64,000 nucleotides of DNA from an uncultured Ignavibacteriales bacterium (GCA_964464605.1 CAYXJN010000004.1:62001-126000), one strand, 5' to 3'. Numbered from the stretch's first letter, positions 29,034 through 40,250 are shown. Notes: generated by a model from the sequence alone, not told the origin. Numbers and translations: made by a program.

Positions 29034-30380
29034 ATGGTGTCACAGGAAGTGGTTACAGAAATTCTCTCACGAGGAAAAATCTACGAAGTCGGCGGTGCCG
29101 TTCGGGATCGCATTTTGTTTCCCGGCAAACCGGTCAATGACCGGGATTATTTAGTCACCGGCATTCCGTACGATGAACTCACTGCAATTTTGCGCCGTCA
29201 TGGCCGCGTTGATTTAGTCGGCCAGAGTTTCGGTGTTATTAAATTCACGCAACATGGTGATACGTTCGATATCACCCTTCCGCGCACGGAACATTCAACC
29301 GGCGTAGGACATCGGGATTTCGCCGTGCATTTCGATCCGAATCTTCCGGTCGAGCAGGATTTGGTCCGCCGTGATTTTACGATAAACGCGATGGCGATTG
29401 CACTCGACAGCAATCAAATTATCGATCCGCTTAACGGCCAGGCTGACCTCAACGAGCATCAGATTCGGATGGTCTATCCGGAATCATTCGCCGACGATCC
29501 GCTTCGCATGCTGCGAGCCGTTCAATTCGCCGCTCGGTTTCAATTTGATATTGAACCGTCCACGCTCAAAGCAATGACCAAACATGCGCAGTTGATTACT
29601 TCTGTTTCTGTCGAACGTATCGCAGAAGAGTTCAATAAGCTGCTGACATTGGCTGAGAAACCTGCAATCGGTTTTAATATCATGCGTCAAACCGGTCTCT
29701 TGCATTTTGTGCTGCCCGAACTGGAAGCCTGTATCAATGTCGATCAGCCGGGCGGATACCATCGCTATCCGGTTTTTGAACATATTCTTTATACCATCGA
29801 TGCCTGCAAACCGGAGCTTAGGTTGCGCTTGGCGGCACTATTCCATGATATCACTAAACCGCAGGCGAAGCGAATTGTCGATGATGGCGCGACATTCTAC
29901 GGCCATGAAACGACCGGCGCAAAGAGCGCACAGAAAGTTTTGAAGCGTTTGCGTTATTCGAATGACATGGTCGAAGATGTCGCCACATTGGTTGAGCGAC
30001 ATATGTTCACCACCGATGTCACCGATAAAGGTTTGCGCCGTCTGGTTCGCCGGGTCGGTGTGCCGCTGATTTTTGATCTTTTGGATTTGCGCCGTGCTGA
30101 TGTGATCGCGCAGGGGATGGGCGGTAAAACCGACGATGTCGACCGCTTTGAGGCCGAAATCAGGGCCGAACTGGAGAAAAAACCGCCGTTTTCAGTCAGC
30201 GATCTGGCCATTGACGGCAACGATATTATGCGTTTGTTTTCCCTTTCTCCCGGCCGGATGGTCGGAGAAATACTGAATTATCTCTTAGAGCAGGCGCTCG
30301 ATAATCCGGAGTTAAATACTCCTGAACAGATGACCGCGCTGGCCAGAGAATTCTTTGAGCGACATGAGAAAAAAAATTAG
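29034..30380 (+). CDS. cca: CCA tRNA nucleotidyltransferase with HD domain
   Basis: GGAVRD..DRD, flexible loop RTEHSTGVGH, RRDFTINAMA, DDPLR, ERI.EE, HD motif FHDI.K. Confidence 0.88.
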   Translation: MVSQEVVTEILSRGKIYEVGGAVRDRILFPGKPVNDRDYLVTGIPYDELTAILRRHGRVDLVGQSFGVIKFTQHGDTFDITLPRTEHSTGVGHRDFAVHFDPNLPVEQDLVRRDFTINAMAIALDSNQIIDPLNGQADLNEHQIRMVYPESFADDPLRMLRAVQFAARFQFDIEPSTLKAMTKHAQLITSVSVERIAEEFNKLLTLAEKPAIGFNIMRQTGLLHFVLPELEACINVDQPGGYHRYPVFEHILYTIDACKPELRLRLAALFHDITKPQAKRIVDDGATFYGHETTGAKSAQKVLKRLRYSNDMVEDVATLVERHMFTTDVTDKGLRRLVRRVGVPLIFDLLDLRRADVIAQGMGGKTDDVDRFEAEIRAELEKKPPFSVSDLAIDGNDIMRLFSLSPGRMVGEILNYLLEQALDNPELNTPEQMTALAREFFERHEKKN

Positions 30381-30407
30381 TTTGTATAGCAATTTGAGGT
30401 CAATGGA

Positions 30408-31562
30408 ATGAAAATTCATGAATACCAGGCGAAGCAGTTGTTCGCGAAGGCGGGAATACCGGTTCCGGCAGGCGATGTTGCTATTTCGCCGCATCAGGCG
30501 ATGGTGCTCGCGCAGGGGATCAATCGCCCGGTGATGGTCAAAGCACAGGTGCATGTGGGGGGACGCGGCAAAGCGGGCGGAATCAAATACGCCGAAAATG
30601 CCGAAGCGGCCAAAGTATTGTCGCAATCGATTCTCGATATGCATATCAAAGGGCTGCCGGTCAAAAAAGTGCTGATTACCGCCGCCGAAGAAATTCTTTC
30701 GGAAGCGTACGTCAGTATCATTTTAGATCGTGCCAGCAAAAAGCCTGTGATTATTCTGTCATCAGCCGGTGGTGTCGATATCGAAGAGACCGCTGTCAAG
30801 AATCCGGAACTGATTCATAAATTCGAAGTCGATCCAGTGCTTGGTCTGCGTGACTATCAGGCGCGCGATCTGGCGATGAAGTTATACAAGGACATCAATC
30901 AGGTTCGTCAGGCGGCTGATATTATTCTCAAGCTCTATTCATTGTTTTGGCAAATCGATGCTTCACTTGTCGAAATCAATCCACTCATCACCAATCCGGA
31001 CGGCAAAGTCATCGCCCTTGACGCGAAAGTAAACATTGATGACAACGCTTTGTATCGTCAGAGTGAAATTGCGCAGATGCGTGATCTGGATGCCGAAGAT
31101 CAAGGCGAGATTGAAGCGCGCGAAGGCGGGCTTTCATTTGTTAAATTAGACGGAACCATCGGCTGTATCGTCAACGGCGCAGGTCTGGCGATGGCGACGA
31201 TGGATTTGGTGAAGCGTTATGGTGCAGAGCCGGCAAACTTTTTGGATATCGGTGGATCATCGAATCCGCGCAAAGTCGTCACCGCGATGAGCATCATTCT
31301 CCGTGACAAAAAAGTAAAAGCGATTCTGATAAATATATTTGGTGGTATTACCCGCTGCGATGATGTCGCGCGCGGTTTGATTCAGGCCATCGATGAACTG
31401 AAGCCGCAGGTGCCGATAGTCATTCGCTTAACCGGCACCAACGAAGAGGAGGCGCGTAAGATTCTGAAAAACGCGAATCTTCCTTCGGAAAAAACACTCG
31501 ATGCCGTCGTGCAAAAAGCGATTGAACTCAGCGGCGTAGCCGAACCGGCGGGGGTGAAGTAG
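30408..31562 (+). CDS. sucC: Succinyl-CoA synthetase beta subunit
   Basis: [47 protein letters not shown]. Confidence 0.97.
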   Translation: MKIHEYQAKQLFAKAGIPVPAGDVAISPHQAMVLAQGINRPVMVKAQVHVGGRGKAGGIKYAENAEAAKVLSQSILDMHIKGLPVKKVLITAAEEILSEAYVSIILDRASKKPVIILSSAGGVDIEETAVKNPELIHKFEVDPVLGLRDYQARDLAMKLYKDINQVRQAADIILKLYSLFWQIDASLVEINPLITNPDGKVIALDAKVNIDDNALYRQSEIAQMRDLDAEDQGEIEAREGGLSFVKLDGTIGCIVNGAGLAMATMDLVKRYGAEPANFLDIGGSSNPRKVVTAMSIILRDKKVKAILINIFGGITRCDDVARGLIQAIDELKPQVPIVIRLTGTNEEEARKILKNANLPSEKTLDAVVQKAIELSGVAEPAGVK

Positions 31563-31564
31563 TC

Positions 31565-32542
31565 ATGTCAGCATTTATCAATAAAAAGACAAAGCTCATC
31601 GTGCAGGGAATCACCGGTCGTGACGGATCATTTCACGCCCAGCAGATGAAAGAGTACGGCACAAATGTCGTCGGCGGCACCAGCCCGGGTAAAGGTGGCA
31701 GCAAAGTTGGCACAATCCCGGTGTTCAACACCGTTTCAGAAGCAGTCAAAAAAACCGGAGCAGATACATCCGTTATTTATGTGCCGCCACCATTCGCGGC
31801 GGATGCGATTTACGAAGCGGTCGATGCCGGTATCAAACTCGTTGTCTGTATCACCGAAGGTGTTCCAGCCAATGACATGATGAAAGTTTATCCGTACGTC
31901 AAAGCAAAAGGAGCCCGTTTAATCGGCCCGAATTGCCCCGGTCTGATTTCCCCCGGTGAATCGAAAGTCGGTATTCTTCCCGGTTCAATCGTGAAAAAAG
32001 GAAATGTCGGTTTGGTTTCCCGTTCCGGAACACTCACCTACGAAGCGCTCTGGGCGCTTACACAGGCGGGAATCGGACAGTCGACTTGTGTGGGAATCGG
32101 CGGTGATCAGGTTATAGGAACGAACTTTATCGATTGTCTCCGCGCCTTTCAGGATGACCCGCAAACCAACGCGATCGTTATGATCGGTGAAATCGGTGGC
32201 TCCGATGAAGAAGACGCTGCCGCGTTTATCAAGAAATATGTCACCAAGCCGGTGGTTTCATTTATCGCCGGTCAGACTGCCCCTCCCGGTAAACGGATGG
32301 GGCATGCCGGTGCGATTATCTCCGGCGGCTCAGGAACTGCTGCCGATAAAATTGCCGCGCTGACGAAAGTCGGTATTCCGGTGGCAAACTCTCCGATTGA
32401 AATCCCGGATTTGTTGATTGAATTGATGAAGAAGAAATCATCAAAGCCTTCAGCCAAAAAAGCACCGGCGAAAAAAGCAGCATCGAAGAAGTCTGCAGTA
32501 AAGAAAAAAGTGACAAAGTCACCGACGAAGAAGAAAAAATAA
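31565..32542 (+). CDS. sucD: Succinyl-CoA synthetase alpha subunit with Lys/Ala-rich C-terminal tail
   Basis: [29 protein letters not shown] (phospho-His), plus an extra ~38-aa basic tail. Confidence 0.97.
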   Translation: MSAFINKKTKLIVQGITGRDGSFHAQQMKEYGTNVVGGTSPGKGGSKVGTIPVFNTVSEAVKKTGADTSVIYVPPPFAADAIYEAVDAGIKLVVCITEGVPANDMMKVYPYVKAKGARLIGPNCPGLISPGESKVGILPGSIVKKGNVGLVSRSGTLTYEALWALTQAGIGQSTCVGIGGDQVIGTNFIDCLRAFQDDPQTNAIVMIGEIGGSDEEDAAAFIKKYVTKPVVSFIAGQTAPPGKRMGHAGAIISGGSGTAADKIAALTKVGIPVANSPIEIPDLLIELMKKKSSKPSAKKAPAKKAASKKSAVKKKVTKSPTKKKK

Positions 32543-32563
32543 TTACTATCTATAGGAGTTTCT

Positions 32564-32962
32564 GTGAACAAGACATTGTTGATTATAAAGCCGGATGCGA
32601 CCAAGCGAAATCTGATTGGTCATGTGATTAGCCGTCTGGAAAAAGCCCGCTTTACCATCAAGAACATGCGGATGGTAACGCTCAGCGAAGCGCAGGCACG
32701 TCAGTTTTATGCCGTGCATGAAGGGAAGCCGTTCTTGAATGATCTGGTCAAATTTATGACCTCTGGCCCGGTCGTTCCGATGCAGCTTGAAAAAGATAAC
32801 GCAGTTGAAGATTTGCGCGCATTGATCGGCGCGACCAATCCGGAAAAAGCGGCCTGCGGAACAATTCGGTATGAAATCGGCGTCGATATAGAAAAGAACT
32901 CGGTGCATGCATCCGATTCAAATGAAAACGCGAACAAAGAAGTCGCGTTTTTCTTTTCCTGA
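32564..32962 (+). CDS. ndk: Nucleoside diphosphate kinase
   Basis: IIKPDA, GATNP..A..GTIR, NSVHASDS. AGGAG RBS before GTG. Confidence 0.96.
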   Translation: MNKTLLIIKPDATKRNLIGHVISRLEKARFTIKNMRMVTLSEAQARQFYAVHEGKPFLNDLVKFMTSGPVVPMQLEKDNAVEDLRALIGATNPEKAACGTIRYEIGVDIEKNSVHASDSNENANKEVAFFFS

Positions 32963-32995
32963 GCCTAACAAAAGAGAGTGAAAGGATACTGATAT

Positions 32996-33922
32996 ATGAA
33001 CAGGAAGATCGCAGTCATTGGCGCGGGAAATGTCGGCGCCAGTTGCGCAATGTATTTGGCCGAATCTAATTTGGCCGATATCGTCATGATTGATATCGTC
33101 GAAGGCGTTCCACAGGGGAAAGCGCTCGACTTAACTCAGGCCGGTCCGGTTCGCGGTTACAACTCTCGCGTTACCGGCTCTAATGACTACAAGGATATAG
33201 CCGGTGCGGATATTGTTGTTATGACCGCCGGACTTCCGCGCAAACCGGGAATGTCCCGTGAAGATTTAATTACCGCCAACGCGCAGATTGTTGCGTCGGC
33301 GGCGGAAAATATCAAAAACTATGCGCCGAACAGCTATGTGATTGTCGTTTCCAATCCGCTCGACTTAATGACCTATCACATGCAGAAAATCACCGGCTTT
33401 CCGTACACACGCGTACTCGGTCAGGCGGGTGTGCTCGATTCAATCCGGTTCCGCACTTTTATCGCCATGGAACTCGGCGTCGCTGTTTCCGATACACAGG
33501 CGATGGTGCTCGGCGGTCACGGCGATACTATGGTCCCGCTTCCACGTTACACCACGGTTTCCGGTGTGCCGATTTCAGAACTGATTCCGGCCGACAAAAT
33601 CAAAGCGATTTGTGACCGTACAGCCGACGGCGGCGGTGAAATCGTCCGTTTGCTCAAAACCGGATCGGCCTTCTATGCTCCGGCGGCGGCATCGGTCGAT
33701 ATGTGCCGAGCCATACTGCTTGATGAAAAGCGGGTGTTAGCCGCTTCAGCTTATCTGACCGGTCAGTATGGAATCGATAAAATCTACATCGGTGTACCGG
33801 TTGTGCTCGGTGCTAACGGCGTAGAAAAAATTATCGAATTGAAACTGACTTCCGCTGAACTGATTCCGCTTCAGAACTCGGCGAAAACCTATGCCGAACA
33901 CCTGAAAGTTATCGGATACTAA
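32996..33922 (+). CDS. mdh: Malate dehydrogenase (LDH-like)
   Basis: [39 protein letters not shown]. Confidence 0.96.
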   Translation: MNRKIAVIGAGNVGASCAMYLAESNLADIVMIDIVEGVPQGKALDLTQAGPVRGYNSRVTGSNDYKDIAGADIVVMTAGLPRKPGMSREDLITANAQIVASAAENIKNYAPNSYVIVVSNPLDLMTYHMQKITGFPYTRVLGQAGVLDSIRFRTFIAMELGVAVSDTQAMVLGGHGDTMVPLPRYTTVSGVPISELIPADKIKAICDRTADGGGEIVRLLKTGSAFYAPAAASVDMCRAILLDEKRVLAASAYLTGQYGIDKIYIGVPVVLGANGVEKIIELKLTSAELIPLQNSAKTYAEHLKVIGY

Positions 33923-33930
33923 GGAGCAAT

Positions 33931-35217
33931 ATGGCAACCAAGAAAAAAGCCGCAAAGAAAACCGCAGCCAAAGCAGCACCGAAGCGGTTAACTGTTGTTC
34001 CGAAAGATGGCGCCCGGATCACGATCAAAAACAAAAAACTGGTAGTCCCTGATAATCCAATTATTCCGGTTATCGAAGGAGATGGCACCGGTGTCGATAT
34101 CATGCCCGCTACCCGCAAAGTTGTCGATGCAGCCGTTGCTAAAGCATATGGTGGTAAGCGGAAAATCCAATGGATGGATATTTACGCCGGCGATAAAGCG
34201 ATGGAACTGTACGGCGAACCGCTTCCGACGGAAACTATTGATGCCATCAAGAAATACATCGTTTCATTAAAGGGTCCGCTCGGTACGCCGGTCGGCGGGG
34301 GAATCCGTTCACTCAATGTTGCGTTGCGGCAGATTCTTGATCTGTATGCCTGCGTTCGTCCGGTTCGCTATTTTCAGGGAGTCGGTGCACCGGTAACGCA
34401 TCCGCAAAAAACCAACGTAGTTATCTTTCGTGAAAACACGGAAGATGTCTATGCCGGTATCGAATGGCGTTCCAATTCAGCCGAAGTGAAAAAAGTTATT
34501 TCCTGGTTGAACAAAAACATGAAGACCGGTATTCGCGCCGATTCAGCTATTGGTATCAAGCCGATGTCTCCGTTCGGTTCAAAACGACTGGTCAAAAAAG
34601 CGATTCAGTTCGCGATCGACAAGAAGCGGAAATCAGTGACGCTCGTGCATAAGGGGAACATCATGAAGTTCACCGAAGGCGGATTCAAGGACTGGGGATA
34701 TGAAGTCGCCAAACAGTTCAAAGACCAGGTGATTACCGAAGCGGATGTAACGGCAAAACACAACGGCGTTGCTCCTGCGGGTAAGGTTATTATCAAAGAC
34801 CGTATTGCGGACTCGATGTTCCAGCAGATACTGCTTCGTCCGGATGAATATGATGTTATCGCGACGCCGAATTTGAACGGGGATTATCTCTCCGATGCCT
34901 GTGCTGCACAGGTTGGTGGGCTCGGTATGGCTCCGGGCGGAAATATCGCGGAACATATCGCAATGTTCGAAGCGACCCACGGTACTGCGCCGAAATATGC
35001 CGGTAAAGATATGGTCAACCCCGGTTCGGTGTTGTTATCCGCGGTGATGATGCTCGACTACCTCGGTTGGACTGAAGCCGGAGTAATGATCGAAAAAGCG
35101 GTGGAAGAGACGATTCGCCAAAAAAACGTCACCTATGATTTGGAACGGCAAATGCAGGGCGCGACTAAAGTCAGCACCTCGGAATTTGCCAACCGGATTA
35201 TTGCGAATTTGAAATAG
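33931..35217 (+). CDS. icd: NADP-dependent isocitrate dehydrogenase with Lys/Ala-rich N-terminal tail
   Basis: [65 protein letters not shown]. Confidence 0.97.
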   Translation: MATKKKAAKKTAAKAAPKRLTVVPKDGARITIKNKKLVVPDNPIIPVIEGDGTGVDIMPATRKVVDAAVAKAYGGKRKIQWMDIYAGDKAMELYGEPLPTETIDAIKKYIVSLKGPLGTPVGGGIRSLNVALRQILDLYACVRPVRYFQGVGAPVTHPQKTNVVIFRENTEDVYAGIEWRSNSAEVKKVISWLNKNMKTGIRADSAIGIKPMSPFGSKRLVKKAIQFAIDKKRKSVTLVHKGNIMKFTEGGFKDWGYEVAKQFKDQVITEADVTAKHNGVAPAGKVIIKDRIADSMFQQILLRPDEYDVIATPNLNGDYLSDACAAQVGGLGMAPGGNIAEHIAMFEATHGTAPKYAGKDMVNPGSVLLSAVMMLDYLGWTEAGVMIEKAVEETIRQKNVTYDLERQMQGATKVSTSEFANRIIANLK

Positions 35218-35226
35218 CGGTTATTC

Positions 35227-35254
35227 GGAACCGTGAGCGTTTTTTATCGGTTAT
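35227..35254 (+). promoter_or_regulatory. Putative ECF-sigma promoter
   Basis: GGAAC-17 nt-GGTTAT upstream of an OMP gene. Confidence 0.4.
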
Positions 35255-35304
35255 TTCGTGTATAAGCAGGAAAGAGATCCTGGTACTTCGAAGTTGGAGA
35301 AAAC

Positions 35305-35964
35305 ATGACATTCAGAAAAACGCTCCTAATTGGTTGTTTGGCTTTGCTTTTTGCTGGGGCGGCCGAGGCGGCGATTACCCGGGTCAGTAAACGACTCGGT
35401 TTTGTCGAGTTTTATGCCGGTTACGCAAAACCGGTCGGAACGGTCGACGGTTACCCGGTTCAGTACGGTGAGTTTCTAATCGGTGATGAAGTGGTCGATG
35501 CCGACGCCGAAGATATTTACAACACCATCAGCAGTTTTGGGCTCCGTTTCGGACAGATTGTCGGTGGACATACACAGGTCTCGTTCGGTTTGCAGTATTC
35601 TAATTTGCGGGTACTTGATGACCCGGAATGGTCGGTCGTTCCGGAAACAGATTTTGAAACATACGATTTAGATTTTGATCTGAACTTCCGCTTTTTCAAT
35701 TTAACGTCATCACCGTTTTCACCATATATCGGCGCCGGTCTGCTTGCCGGATTGGTTCGCGCACATGGTACCGGAATAGAGACTGAGTATACCGGCACGG
35801 TCGGCGTAACGGCTAATTTCGGTGCGGAACTGAAAATTTGGGAAAGCAACAGGGGTGGCGTAATGACGATTGCCTCGGTCAACGATTATCAGTTAGTTGC
35901 TACCGGCGATCGCCCGCGATATCTGAATATCGGCGGCGCATTACGATATTATTTCTTGCCGTAA
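35305..35964 (+). CDS. Outer-membrane beta-barrel protein (OmpW/OmpA-like, ~8 strands)
   Basis: Signal peptide ending AEA, FSPYIGAG, final strand LNIGGALRYYF. Confidence 0.75.
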   Translation: MTFRKTLLIGCLALLFAGAAEAAITRVSKRLGFVEFYAGYAKPVGTVDGYPVQYGEFLIGDEVVDADAEDIYNTISSFGLRFGQIVGGHTQVSFGLQYSNLRVLDDPEWSVVPETDFETYDLDFDLNFRFFNLTSSPFSPYIGAGLLAGLVRAHGTGIETEYTGTVGVTANFGAELKIWESNRGGVMTIASVNDYQLVATGDRPRYLNIGGALRYYFLP

Positions 35965-36023
35965 ACCAATAATCAGCTATCGTTGGCGTATAGGTTAACA
36001 AACGGGAAGGGTTACTCCGCTAT

Positions 36024-37226
36024 ATGAAGTTTCTTGTATTCATCTTGGCCTTACTCTGCTGCTTGTTTGCAGTAATTTTCGGTTGTAAGAAAAAGAGCAC
36101 GCAACCGAAAGTCCTTCCTGCCGCACCGACCGCGTTATCAGTTGTTGCTACCTGCGGTCCGGAAATTCTGCTGAACTGGACAGACAATGCCAACAATGAA
36201 TCCGGTTTCAGAATCGAACGCTCAACCGGCGGCGCCTTTGCACAGATTGCAGCAATAGCCGCTGACCTTGTTTCCTTTACCGACACGAGTGTAGCCGCTT
36301 CTACCGAATATCTGTATCGTGTTCGTGCATATACCGGTGACGGTAATTCCGCCTATACCAATACTGACAGTGCAACAACCGGCTCCGGTACATCGGGTGC
36401 GCCGAGTAAAGTTGTCGCCTTGTCAGGACAATGGTACAAAGGAGCAATGGGCAGCAGTACGATTACACCGTCACCGCTTTTTGCCGTTCAGGATATCGCG
36501 AACAATCCGATACCGGGAGAAACTATCACTTTTGAACGGATCGACGGTGACGGAACAATTGCCGATTCATCGATAAGTGTAGATAACAGCTGCACGGCGA
36601 TGCTTGGCTATACATTTGATGGTTTGTTCGGCCACGCAGTTATTCAGGCAAATTCTGGAAGTGTCGATTCGGCAGTTGTGAACATTCGAGCCGATGTGCT
36701 CATTCCGGGCAATAATTTTCAAGGACAGTATATTATGAACGGCGACGCCTATCGTAATGTTGTTCATTTCAACGGTGTTCCGGTATCGGTCGATGAAGAT
36801 CCGAATTTCTGGATTATGTATGCGAATTACGAAAGCTCGCTCGGCATTGTCTTCGTCCTTGATGATCCCGATCACGGTGCCGATGCTGACAGCGGTGAAG
36901 CGGTGTTGGGAGTAATCGTAAATTCTGTTTATGACGGTAAGACACCGACTGCTTTTGGCATAGGCATCGGTTCATCGATGGCCGAAGTGCGTACCGCTTT
37001 CGGGGCGCCGACTTCGATTACCTTTGATGGCACCCCGCCGCCTGCAGTTGTTATTGAATACACGCCGATTGGTATGACCTTGTTCGGAGCTCCGGCTGAT
37101 GCTGATACGACTATTTTTGAAATACATCTGTTTCCGCCGAATGCTATGCCTACTGCATCTGCGAAAAAGACTGCACGAACCGCTGATGTGGAAAGTGCCG
37201 TGCGAGCGTATCGGTCGGTTCGCTGA
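36024..37226 (+). CDS. Lipoprotein with fibronectin type III domain
   Basis: Lipobox IFGC, P.APT.L...LNWTDNANNESGFRIERS...YLYRVRAY...S, C-terminal GIGIGSSMAEVRTAFGAP module. Confidence 0.8.
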   Translation: MKFLVFILALLCCLFAVIFGCKKKSTQPKVLPAAPTALSVVATCGPEILLNWTDNANNESGFRIERSTGGAFAQIAAIAADLVSFTDTSVAASTEYLYRVRAYTGDGNSAYTNTDSATTGSGTSGAPSKVVALSGQWYKGAMGSSTITPSPLFAVQDIANNPIPGETITFERIDGDGTIADSSISVDNSCTAMLGYTFDGLFGHAVIQANSGSVDSAVVNIRADVLIPGNNFQGQYIMNGDAYRNVVHFNGVPVSVDEDPNFWIMYANYESSLGIVFVLDDPDHGADADSGEAVLGVIVNSVYDGKTPTAFGIGIGSSMAEVRTAFGAPTSITFDGTPPPAVVIEYTPIGMTLFGAPADADTTIFEIHLFPPNAMPTASAKKTARTADVESAVRAYRSVR

Positions 37227-37246
37227 AATAATCACTGAGCCTTCGC

Positions 37247-38053
37247 ATGCCTGTTCTTATTCCTGATAATGAGGTAACGCCTGTGATTCGGGCGATGGAG
37301 GCAAATCTGGTCGGGCATTTTCGTTTCGACCGCAGTCAATTGCCTAATGCCTATATGATCGATTCACCGGAACTGCTTTTAATCGATTCCGGATATCGCT
37401 CTGATACGTTCAATATCATCACCCGTGCAAATTTACCCGTTGATACGATTCACTCTCATATTCACAACGCCATTTCTCATTTTCGTTCCAAAGATTATAA
37501 CTTCTCTTGGTGGATTGGGCCGACATCGCGCCCGCCTAATTTGGAAGCAGAATTAGTCGCGTGCGGTTTGCAAAAAGAGGAGCATGAATACGGTATGACA
37601 ATGCAGCTTTCACTGCTTCCAGATAAACCGGAAGGCCCAAAAGGGCTAACTATTCGTCGTGCTCGTTCATGGCAGGAGCTTACTGATTTCGCTGATGTTA
37701 TCGCTGGCAATTGGGAGCCGCCCGATCCGGATGTGTTACCGGTATATCTATCGGTGGAAGATTTACTCCAGCCTGATAATTGTCCGATGCAGTTGTTTGT
37801 CGGATACATTGATGATGAACCGGTTGCAACCAGTGAACTGTTTTTTGGCGGTGGTGTCGCTGGGCTATATAGCGTGTCGACCAAACAGACATTTCGCCGG
37901 CAGGGAATCGGCGCAGTGATGACATGGGATGCGCTCAACACTGCGCGAAATGCGAATGTAGAAACCGGTATTTTACAGGCATCGGCAGAAGGGCGCGCAG
38001 TCTACGCCAAGCTCGGTTTTGTCGAGCAGTGCGCGTACGCAGTGTATAAATAG
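37247..38053 (+). CDS. GNAT-family N-acetyltransferase
   Basis: AGLYSVST...FRRQGIG, LQAS.EG..VY.KLGF. Confidence 0.88.
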   Translation: MPVLIPDNEVTPVIRAMEANLVGHFRFDRSQLPNAYMIDSPELLLIDSGYRSDTFNIITRANLPVDTIHSHIHNAISHFRSKDYNFSWWIGPTSRPPNLEAELVACGLQKEEHEYGMTMQLSLLPDKPEGPKGLTIRRARSWQELTDFADVIAGNWEPPDPDVLPVYLSVEDLLQPDNCPMQLFVGYIDDEPVATSELFFGGGVAGLYSVSTKQTFRRQGIGAVMTWDALNTARNANVETGILQASAEGRAVYAKLGFVEQCAYAVYK

Positions 38054-38179
38054 CCGTTTCCGATTTTCGCTCTAACTCTAAGATAATCAAGAGCTTTAAA
38101 ATCCGCTTTTGGGTGACAATGCCGCTCCCTATATTCAATCAATTGAATAAAACAGGAGTTTGAAAGGCTATTACCTCGC

Positions 38180-40204
38180 ATGGATTCTCGCGTAACTACC
38201 GAACGTCTGCTCATTGATACTATCCGTACTCTCTCAATGGATGCCGTGCAAGCGGCGAACTCCGGGCACCCCGGAACACCGATGGCGTTAGCGCCGGTCG
38301 CATACACGATTTACGATCAATTTCTTCGCTTTAATCCTGAAAATCCGAAATGGGTGAACCGTGATCGTTTCGTGCTCTCAGTAGGACATGCTTCCATGTT
38401 GTTATATAGTTCGCTATATCTGAATGGCTATGATGTTTCACTTGATGATCTTAAAAAGTTCCGCCAGCTTCATGCAAAAACCGCCGGACATCCGGAATAC
38501 GGCTTATGTCCCGGCGTGGAAGCAACTACCGGCCCGTTAGGGCAAGGCGTCGGCAATTCCGTCGGGATGGCGATCGCGCAGAAATGGCTCGGGACCTATT
38601 TCAATCGTCCCGGTCACGAGATTATTGATTATCAGATCATCGCCTTAGCTTCCGACGGCTGTATGATGGAAGGAATATCAAGCGAAGCGGCCTCGCTCGC
38701 CGGGCATCTTGGGCTTGGTAATCTTGTTTGGCTCTACGACAACAACGAAATCACCATTGAAGGCAGTACCAATTTAGCGTTCAGTGAAAACGTCGCTATG
38801 CGGTTTGCCTCTTACGGCTGGGAAGTTCAGCATGTCAAAGATGCGAACAACACCGAGCAGATCGGCGCGGCATTGTTCGCGGCATTGGGGCAAAATGAAA
38901 AGCCGCAGTTGATTATCGTCGACAGCCATATCGGGTGGGGAAGCCCGAACCGTCAGGACTCAGCCAAAGCGCACGGTGAAGCGCTCGGCGAGGAAGAAGT
39001 AAAATTAACCAAGAAAACATACGGCTGGGACCCTGAAAAATTATTCAATGTTCCCGGTGAAGCATTAGCCTACCGGGAACAGCAGATCAAACATGGTCGC
39101 AAACGGGAAGCGGATTGGAACGAAAAATTCGCAGCGTACGAAAAAGCATTTCCGGAACTCGCAGCGCGATTCAAGCAATGGCAGAGGGGAACATGGACGT
39201 TAACGCCTGCAATGCAATTGCCGAGTTTCCCAGCAGATGCCAAAGGTACGGCGACCCGCGAAGCCAGCGGCAAAGTGTTAAACGCCGTTGCCGATCAAAT
39301 GCCCTGGTTAATTGGGGGCTCGGCAGATTTGGAACCGTCGACCAAAACGTTTATTAAAAGCTCGACCAGTATTCGCAAAGGGGATTTTGCCGGAAGAAAT
39401 CTGCATTTCGGTATTCGTGAACATGTGATGGGTGCTGTTGTCAACGGTCTCACCCTTTCCGGTTTGCGCGGTTATGGCTCAACTTTTCTAATTTTCTCCG
39501 ATTATATGCGCCCCTCGATTCGTCTAAGCGCATTGATGGAACAGCCCGCTATCTGGATTTTTACTCATGACAGTATCGGTCTCGGTGAGGATGGCCCCAC
39601 GCACCAACCGATCGAACATTTGGCATCGCTACGGGCAATGCCGCATCTTGATGTTCTTCGTCCGGCTGACGCCAACGAAGTTGCCGTACTCTGGAAACAT
39701 GCCCTGTCATTAACTAACCGTCCAGCGCTGTTCGTATTGACTCGTCAGGCGGTGCCGACTATCGACCGGACAACGTACGCCTCTGCTGAAGGTGCTTTGC
39801 GTGGCGGCTATATTGTCGCTGACACACAGGGAACACCTGATGTCATTTTGATCAGTACCGGTTCTGAGTTGCAGCTTTGCCTTGAAGCAAGCACCCAATT
39901 AAAGCAGCAGGGGATTGCCGCGCGGGTGGTCAGTTTACCTTGTTGGGAACTGTTCGACCGTCAGGAAAAGAGCTATCGGGAAAAAGTGCTGCCGCCGGAT
40001 GTTACTTGCCGCGTTTCTATCGAAGCAGGCGCAACCACCGGTTGGGAAAAATATGTCGGTATGGCTCCGCAGGGGATTGCTATCGGTATTAATGAATTCG
40101 GTGCTTCTGCTCCGGCTAAGGCGCTTATGAATGCGTACGGCATAACAGTCGAAGCGATAATAGCGGCCGCCAAAAAATCAGTGAAAGAAATGAAAACGGC
40201 GTGA
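38180..40204 (+). CDS. tkt: Transketolase
   Basis: SGHPG, RDRFVLS.GHAS, TTGPLGQG, SDGCMMEG, GIREH, THDSIGLGEDGPTHQP. Confidence 0.97.
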   Translation: MDSRVTTERLLIDTIRTLSMDAVQAANSGHPGTPMALAPVAYTIYDQFLRFNPENPKWVNRDRFVLSVGHASMLLYSSLYLNGYDVSLDDLKKFRQLHAKTAGHPEYGLCPGVEATTGPLGQGVGNSVGMAIAQKWLGTYFNRPGHEIIDYQIIALASDGCMMEGISSEAASLAGHLGLGNLVWLYDNNEITIEGSTNLAFSENVAMRFASYGWEVQHVKDANNTEQIGAALFAALGQNEKPQLIIVDSHIGWGSPNRQDSAKAHGEALGEEEVKLTKKTYGWDPEKLFNVPGEALAYREQQIKHGRKREADWNEKFAAYEKAFPELAARFKQWQRGTWTLTPAMQLPSFPADAKGTATREASGKVLNAVADQMPWLIGGSADLEPSTKTFIKSSTSIRKGDFAGRNLHFGIREHVMGAVVNGLTLSGLRGYGSTFLIFSDYMRPSIRLSALMEQPAIWIFTHDSIGLGEDGPTHQPIEHLASLRAMPHLDVLRPADANEVAVLWKHALSLTNRPALFVLTRQAVPTIDRTTYASAEGALRGGYIVADTQGTPDVILISTGSELQLCLEASTQLKQQGIAARVVSLPCWELFDRQEKSYREKVLPPDVTCRVSIEAGATTGWEKYVGMAPQGIAIGINEFGASAPAKALMNAYGITVEAIIAAAKKSVKEMKTA

Positions 40205-40223
40205 TGGTGAACATCACGCCGTT
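40193..40223 (-). terminator. 12-bp perfect hairpin over the tkt stop codon; probable terminator for the convergent gene
   Basis: AACGGCGTGATG(40195-40206)-gtgaa-CATCACGCCGTT(40212-40223). T-rich tail on the - strand. Confidence 0.6.
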
Positions 40224-40250
40224 CGCGTCTTAAAAGATCGGGAATTCGTA

